A DNA stretch of 64,000 nt, from the NCBI GenBank assembly GCA_951406725.2, contig OX597815.1, forward strand, positions 132,866,001 through 132,930,000. The letters run 5' to 3'. Source of the DNA: Octopus vulgaris. Its lineage: Eukaryota. The notes beneath the pieces were generated by a model. That model did no database searches, had not been told where the DNA came from, and saw nothing but the letters and a program-made list of their open reading frames with translations. Position numbers and translations under genes: made by a program. Shown one piece after another: positions 56,590-64,000 of this stretch; position 1 is the first letter of the stretch, and each line of letters opens with the position of its first letter.

Positions 56590-57687
56590 ACTAGTGGATT
56601 ACATTACAATGTTTACATAAAGCATAAAAATATACCCTTCATTTGAATCATAAATTTATGTCAAAACTGCTTCACGGTCCTTATTGATATAAATCTGAGT
56701 TGACGTTCAAATGTTTCTTCTCCGTCAAACCTGTTCAATGTCTAAGCCTAAATCCAAAACTTAATCGTATAAAAGACATGCGTAAAACAATCTCAATTCA
56801 AATTTCAAGGTTATTGTTTCGATAAAATATTATTTTAAAATATCACAATAAATTTCTTAAATAAAGTCGTACAATAAATAGTTCAATCTTGATTATTGTG
56901 AAATATATTTTAAGAGGACTACTGAATTGCTATGAATTATTTTTTTCATTTTGAATGGGCTTTTAACTTTACAGGTGATCACTTGAGTTTAGTTTTGTCC
57001 CTCTAAGATTGTAGATCGCATTCGATCGTTTGCAACTTTATCTTTCGTATACCGCTAAGCTCAATAAAATTCGTAGCTATTAAATGACTGTATTCCCACT
57101 TGACTAGAGTACGTAGGTGGAGGCGCAATGGCCCAGTGGTTAGGGCAGCGGACTTGCGGTCGTTGGATCGCGGTTTCGATTCCCAGACCGAGCGTTAAAG
57201 CCTTTTCATCATTGTTCATAACCAAATTTCGGATTCGAGACGTAGAAGGAAAAGTATAACTGTAATAAATTAAATGTAACATTTGGTAAAGCGATTGTCT
57301 CTCAGTTATTTTGCTAATAAACAGAATTTATGTAAAAGTAGTGATGTGGTCTTTGATCATGGTATCACTGACTTTTATATAATATGTGCAAAGCGTGACA
57401 TTATGTAGGAACTTTAACGTTTATAAAAAATATTTATCCGATGCCATCATTCTTAGACTAGAGAATGAAATGTATTTGCTGATAAGCTGTATTAAATTGT
57501 TCGATTTAGAATCAACGTTAAGTTCTCTTTTCTCCCCTTTGGCAGAATATAGGAAATACATACTGAGAAAAAAAATTATATATATATATATGTATGTATA
57601 TATATATATATATACATATATGCTCTTACTTACAGCTTAGATAACACACACACACATACATACATACATACATACATACATACATAA

Positions 57688-57778
<91 letters not shown>

Positions 57779-57960
57779 AAAATGGAGAAACAGATTTAGT
57801 TTTTTCATCAACTTTCGGATATTAGAATGTTGGATTATTTATTCATTTAACAAAATGAGAACATCAATAGCATACATTTATATCTTATAATTCAATACAT
57901 ATAAGATAAGAATACAAATTATAAAAATCAGAAAATAAATTATTGAAATCATTAAAATCA

Positions 57961-58096
57961 CTTCTTACAGCTGTTTTAGCCTATGGCTAAAAGTAGTTAC
58001 TTTTATTTTTATTGCCTATAGTTGTCAACATAATGAGGTTGTAGGCATTTAAAAATAGGGTACTTATATATATAACCATAGGCCTCGTCAGAGGTT
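57961..58096 (-). ncRNA. Degenerate type I hammerhead-like motif (G12 changed to A)
   Basis: CU CUGACGA G GCCUAUGGUUA...UAGCCAUAGGC U AAAAC-agcu-GUA AG: 11-bp stem II base and palindromic loop 3. Confidence 0.6.
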
Positions 58097-58391
58097 ATAA
58101 GGAACTTTAAAAATATTAATATTAATACGTTAAACATGATGCACGTATTATTTAATATATAAAAAATATGAACAAATATCCATATAGACATACATATATA
58201 CAGATATACATACATAAGCAAAGTGTATATGCTTTTACATGTGTAAAGTACATAAATAAACACAATTAAACAATATGTCCAAGTAGATATACCGTACGTC
58301 ATATACATATATATACATATATTGGAACATATAAACACGTCTATGCTTATGACCAGATAAATAATAATCAATTATTATCATTATTATTAAT

Positions 58392-58537
<146 letters not shown>

Positions 58538-58656
58538 AATTATTATTATTATGTTTATCAAAAATAACAATATTATAACACGTCTATGCTTATGACCAGA
58601 TAAATAACAATCAATTATTAATAATAATTCTGTTATTATTATCAATATTATTATTA

Positions 58657-58717
<61 letters not shown>

Positions 58718-59352
58718 GTTTATCAATAATAACAATATTATTATATTTATAGTAATCTTCACTTGAAAATACATATTATGATACAAGATAAACGATCAAC
58801 AATCCATACAAATAAATATATATATATATATACATACATATATATATGTATACAAATATACATGCATATAAACATATAAAACATACAGTTAGACTATGGT
58901 TTTCAGTATATACATCCTCTTAATACAAGCAAGTTCAAGTGTAATATCCAAATGAATATTTTTTCTTTTCGTCAAAGTTGAAGTTAAAATTAGATATATA
59001 TATATTAAAATGAGGGTGAAAATAGAATATTAATTTGATAACATCAATTTAGCACCAGTGGTCTAGCATATTAAAAAACTGAGGTTCAGTAAATAGTATT
59101 ACCTACATATAAGAGGGAATTACCACTATGTGGAAACCACTTTCATTTTAATTTTAATTTTAAATTAATACGTTCTCAAACCGTCAAAAGCTACTGCAGT
59201 AAATTATTTTATGCAGTATTATTTCCGGTAATTTAGCGCGCCAAAACGAAGACTTTGAAAAATAACCACAAGTGTTATAGGTAGAACTGCAAACACATCA
59301 AACCTCATGTTGATGTCTGGTGTGTAGTTCTGCAAATTATATTTGTATGGAC

Positions 59353-59431
59353 GATCATATTGAAGATCTACAGATAAATTGCGTAAGTACAATTACGTAA
59401 TTTATTGATAGTGAAACATTTGTTTATGATT
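59353..59431 (+). ncRNA. Type I hammerhead-like motif (C3 changed to U)
   Basis: GAUCAUA UUGAAGA U CUA..AUAAAUUGCGUAA-guacaa-UUACGUAAUUUAU..UAG U GAAAC-auuu-GUU UAUGAUU: 7-bp stem I and a long stem II. Confidence 0.68.
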
Positions 59432-59597
59432 AATCTATATTTTTGTTTTTGTGTTTGCTGAATTTTCTAGAGAACAATTCTTAGTGGTAAGACCATAGCG
59501 GATCTTCTTCTAGCATAAGGGTTTCCACATAGTGGTAATTCCCTCTTATATGTATGTAATACTATATATATAAATATATATATATGTGTGTGTGTGC

Positions 59598-59642
<45 letters not shown>

Positions 59643-59840
59643 CATACATACACACACGCACAAATATATATACATATATATTTCCGCTCAAACATACTTA
59701 TATGTACATACGTATTATGTGTGTTTAGAAGGGAGGATCAGTGCATTAGTTTGTATCATTATAATTATAAATATAATTATAACAATAATACGCAGACTTA
59801 TTTATATTTATATATAAACGTGATATGTTTATTACTTCGT

Positions 59841-59921
<81 letters not shown>

Positions 59922-60054
59922 TGCTTTCCGGAAAAAAATGCAGTGACGGAAATGGCTAACAGAATAGATGATTTCAACAGAAATAAAAAAAGCTATGTTT
60001 ACACTGTTTCTTCCATTTGTTTTAGACAGAATAGCTTATTGTTTTATAACAGTA

Positions 60055-60452
60055 CTAGCAGTATCGCCCGGCGTTGCTCGGGTTTGTAAGGGAAATAACT
60101 ATATAAGCATTTTTAGAGAGTTATAGCCAAAAAATAGCAAAAAAATGCATTAAAAATTGAAAAAAAAATTAAGGCAAATTTTTTTTTTAAATCGTTGACA
60201 CATCGTAGATATTTTTAGAGAGGTACTTCCCTTATATAAAAGCGAAAAAAATGCATTAAAATGGAAAAATATGATGGTAAATTTTTTTTAAATCGTAGAT
60301 TCATCGTAGACGCGCGCTAATACCCAGAAGGGCTCGATATGAATCATGACTATAAGGTACCCGCTTTTGGTTAAACTGCACCGCAAAATGTGGGAGTAGT
60401 TACGAATCTAAATCGTAGGAGACAGACACACAACTTCACTCTTATATAAAGA
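60055..60452 (-). mobile_element. Non-autonomous Helitron, same family as 357-754
   Basis: Reverse complement aligns by eye to 357-754 over most of its length, with the same TC...CTAG ends inserted between A and T. Confidence 0.85.
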
Positions 60453-62461
60453 TGCTTTTTTTTTCAGTCATAGAGTTAGATTTATGAAGGTCTTCAGTAG
60501 AAAATCCTTCGAATTCTGACTCGCTGCTTGATATAATGAAATTCGTATCCATTTTTTGTCAGAATTACAAATTTTGAAAACACAATAGGAACAAATTTCG
60601 GAAAAAAATCTCCCATAATTCACAGAATTAAAATTACACTTCGATTTTTGTACAAAACTGTATTTGAAGTGTTTACGAAGTATAATACGTGTTTTCACGA
60701 ATGTACTAAAGAGATTTACTCTGATATTCTCATTTAAATATGAATAGGTAAATTCGGGCGGTTTGGTAACGAAAGGGTTAAACGGATGCATACATTGATT
60801 AATAACTATATATAAGTGTCGTCTGTTTATACATAAACACTGTTTCATACTTTCAGTTTAGTCTTCCTCAAATCACTCTGTCGCTATTTACTCTCTTCCA
60901 AGAACATTTTCACTCACTCTTATCTCTTAGCTTGCCATACATTTTACTCATGTATCTATCAGCGTGATAGATAGAAACAAATATTACATCTAGTTTCACT
61001 TTATTCGTTGCACACTGTGTGTGTGCGTTTGCGTGTGCTGTAAACCAGACTAAGAAAAGCATTTGACATACACACCAGAATGTGAGTTTTCTGTAAATTT
61101 TGCTTAATTGGAGTTTAAATTTTAAAAACTGGACCTGGCATGACCCGATGCATTCTACTCTTTAAAATGCTAGGTAAATTGTAATTGAAGAAATCCTATA
61201 TTGTAGATTTCTATAAGTGACAAAGGGAGGCAGATAAAATCTGCCTTTTATAATAAGAGATAACTGGCAGCTAAAGTTGTTAGATCTCCTTGCGCGGAAA
61301 ATAGGCCAGCGCAGTTCTTCGTTAGCATCATTATTGCCATAGAATTTGCGTTAGAAAAGGGTGTTTGTGTGTGATAAGTGTAATGTGGTTCAGCGTAAAA
61401 GATTCCACACTATATTCCAATATTGAATTCAGCAAGAAGTTGAAAACGAATAGTGAGATATATTTCCGTTACCATTTTCAAATTGCTGAATATATTATAT
61501 TCAGAACTTTTTAGGAAATGAAACATTATTTTAAAATACACACTGCTACATTCTCTGATGATCTTATCTCAGATGCAAGGACCGAACTAGTATGATTTTA
61601 TAAATATTAATTTAAGACAGGGAATAATATTTTACTGCCATTTGAAATTATTAAAACTGGAGTCGGTTTCCGTTCGTCTTCGCCAGCAACTTGACACATT
61701 ATTCGCATTGATTCAGAGCGCTGAGCGTTCGTAAAATATTAGTAACGATAACGTTATTTAGAAAGGTGATTATTGCTAAGTTGGCAACTTCTGTAAGTAG
61801 TCTGTACAGAGCAAAGATCATGCAAAAATCAAATAAGTGTTTCAGAAATATGAAATTGATCAGCTATGAATCTAACGGTTTTGTTCATCAATGTTGTAAA
61901 TATATTCAATGACATATAACTAATTGATATCATAATTATGATTAACTAAATTAACAACTATGGAAAACTAGAGATATAGCATCTGTAGTTTTAGTGTCTT
62001 TCTTACCACCTACCTAGACATTAAAGTAACAATGAGCTAGCGAAGGAGCCCCTGCGTGGTCGCAAGACCGAATATTAATAACAGACAATCCCCATTCAAA
62101 ACACACTCACTGTCTCTAAAATTACACAATGAATAATATAATCTGGGGAACAATTGCTGAAAGAAAAGAAGAAATGGAGAGTCATAGATTGAAATTCGTT
62201 GATCACAGGTCTCTTTGACCCGGGATTGCTAGGGATTAAATAATATGATAATCAAATAATAATTCAAGCAATTAGAGTGAATATCCAAGGTGATACATTA
62301 GCCGTACATTCTGATTATAATACAATATAATTAACGTAGGTCTAAATAGCCTGGATATAAAAGAATAATGATATTTCAACAAGTTTGGTTAATGATGCCT
62401 GAACTTATCGACTAAGCAATACACGAGTTCGATTCTTTGTAATTTCTTGTTCAGTTTGTTC

Positions 62462-62643
62462 AGGCGAAATGCTTAGCAGTATTTCGTCTGTCTTTACGTT
62501 CTGAGTTCAAATTCCGCCGAGGTTGACTTTACCTTTCATCTTTTCGGGGTCGATAACTTAAGTACCAGTTACGTACTTGGGTCGATCTAATCGACTGGCC
62601 CCTTCCCCAAAAACTTCAGGCCTTGTGCCTAGAGTAGAAAAGT
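62462..62643 (+). mobile_element. SINE family A, 5'-truncated
   Basis: B-box, core and CCTAGAGTAGAAAAG tail. Confidence 0.8.
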
Positions 62644-63178
62644 TTGTTTAAGTTACTAATAGATCTTGAAGTTCCTCTTTACTCTACTTTGTACAAAGCT
62701 ATAATCTCTGAGTGACCACACGGTACTTAAGTTTTATTAATATCTTAAGTTTTATTAAGTTCACTATCCCAATCTTACTTGAAAAGCAAATTATCACAGG
62801 CCTTTGTTGTTAAGGTTGTCGCTGTGGTGGGTGGGGTGCAGCGGCGGCGGCGGTGGTGGTGATGATGGTGGTGGTGGCGGTGGGAGGTATTGTATGCAGT
62901 TTATCTCGCACCCCATTTAGACACGCCTGGGTACATCAATGATCGAGCGCTTTCCTACGAAGACTATCTCGTTGTAAGAAGTCCACTTTGTAACTACATC
63001 GTTCCGTGTTGTGTCCCCATACGAGGCATGGTGGCCAAGTCACTCCTATGACGCCGTGTGAGTGAATTTGGTGGAAGTAAAAGTATCAATTTCATATTTG
63101 TCAAGAAACTATTAGCTGTCATTCAGAATATTCATGGCACAAAACGAACAGAAGAAATATATAAAAGAAACACAAACA

Positions 63179-63266
<88 letters not shown>

Positions 63267-63360
63267 CCTCCAACTTGGTTTCTAAATAATTATTATTATT
63301 TTTCACGTTATTTGCACTATTTACATTGGACGGATATGTGTTCTCATCTTGTTTGTGCTT

Positions 63361-63406
63361 ACCACAACGTTTCGGCTGATTTACTCTCCAGCCTTCATCA
63401 GGTGTC
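63361..63406 (-). ncRNA. Minimal type I hammerhead-like motif, core boxes intact
   Basis: GACAC CUGAUGA A GGCUG-gagaguaaau-CAGCC GAAA CGUU GUGGU: perfect 5-bp stem II and palindromic AACGUU. Confidence 0.75.
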
Positions 63407-64000
63407 CTGGTAGAACGGATAAGTGTCCTCATCCTGTTTGTTGTGGTAAAACGTTGTGCCAAAACTTAGTGGTAACAAAAAACAAGATGAGGACGCATAT
63501 CTCTCCAATGTAAATAATGTATAGAATTCCTCATCTCAAAACTATAGAACAGAATTATTTTTCAGTTTTAAAATATTCTTAAAATTACATTATTATCATG
63601 CGTTCAAAAGCATTTTCCTCTCAAGCTCCATCATTAAAGCCGTAATCAGCACCAGTTCCGATTAATGAAATTTATGCACCAGAGAGAATCTTTTATCTCA
63701 TCTAATGAAAAAGACGCTAAATAATCCATGCACTAAAAGACGTGACATATTCCTCTGTAAGCTGAGAAAAACTGTATATTTTATCCTTTCCCATTTATGA
63801 ATGTATTCATCCAAATAGATTCTAGGGATAGGAATATGATTGAAAGTTATTGCAGGCCGAGCAGTGCAAGACAGCTATCAAGCATAGGTCTTCCCAAGAA
63901 TTGTACGGATTCATTGGAAAATTTCTATTTTTGTTCCCACTCTAAAGAATTTTTGTTAATAGAACTGCATATTTATATATGTGTGTGTGTCTGTACATAT

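Noticed and set aside
57117-57197. tRNA-like sequence
   Set aside because: Nearly identical to the head of SINE family C at 28480-28555, and the acceptor stem does not close. Not called as a tRNA gene.

Overview
AT-rich, microsatellite-dense eukaryotic DNA. The repeat families and gene layout look like a coleoid cephalopod, most likely Octopus (inferred from pattern, not a database match). One host gene is supported: five phase-compatible GT-AG exons on the + strand (13690-13873, 24236-24351, 37804-37983, 49432-49548, 54857-54972) encoding the C-terminal ~237 aa of a Kelch-repeat protein. Its upstream exons were not found. Almost all listed ORFs are microsatellite artefacts or transposon debris. 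The rest is repeats: three tRNA-derived SINE families, Helitron pieces, three mariner derivatives (one a ~250-bp-arm fold-back), a Chapaev3-like fossil, RTE, CR1-group, CRE-like, R4/Dong and Tx1 LINE fragments, and several Penelope-like element (PLE) fragments. The strongest hidden signal is at RNA level: about 8 clear and several more degenerate type I hammerhead-ribozyme-like motifs with different sequences. They sit in PLE ends or short inverted-repeat units next to (TA)n tracts, several on the sense strand of the Kelch introns. Also notable are a SINE whose internal tail matches the 3' end of the local Tx1 LINE, and a PLE with a twin-priming-like 5' inversion. All alignments and folds were done by eye, so repeat boundaries are approximate.
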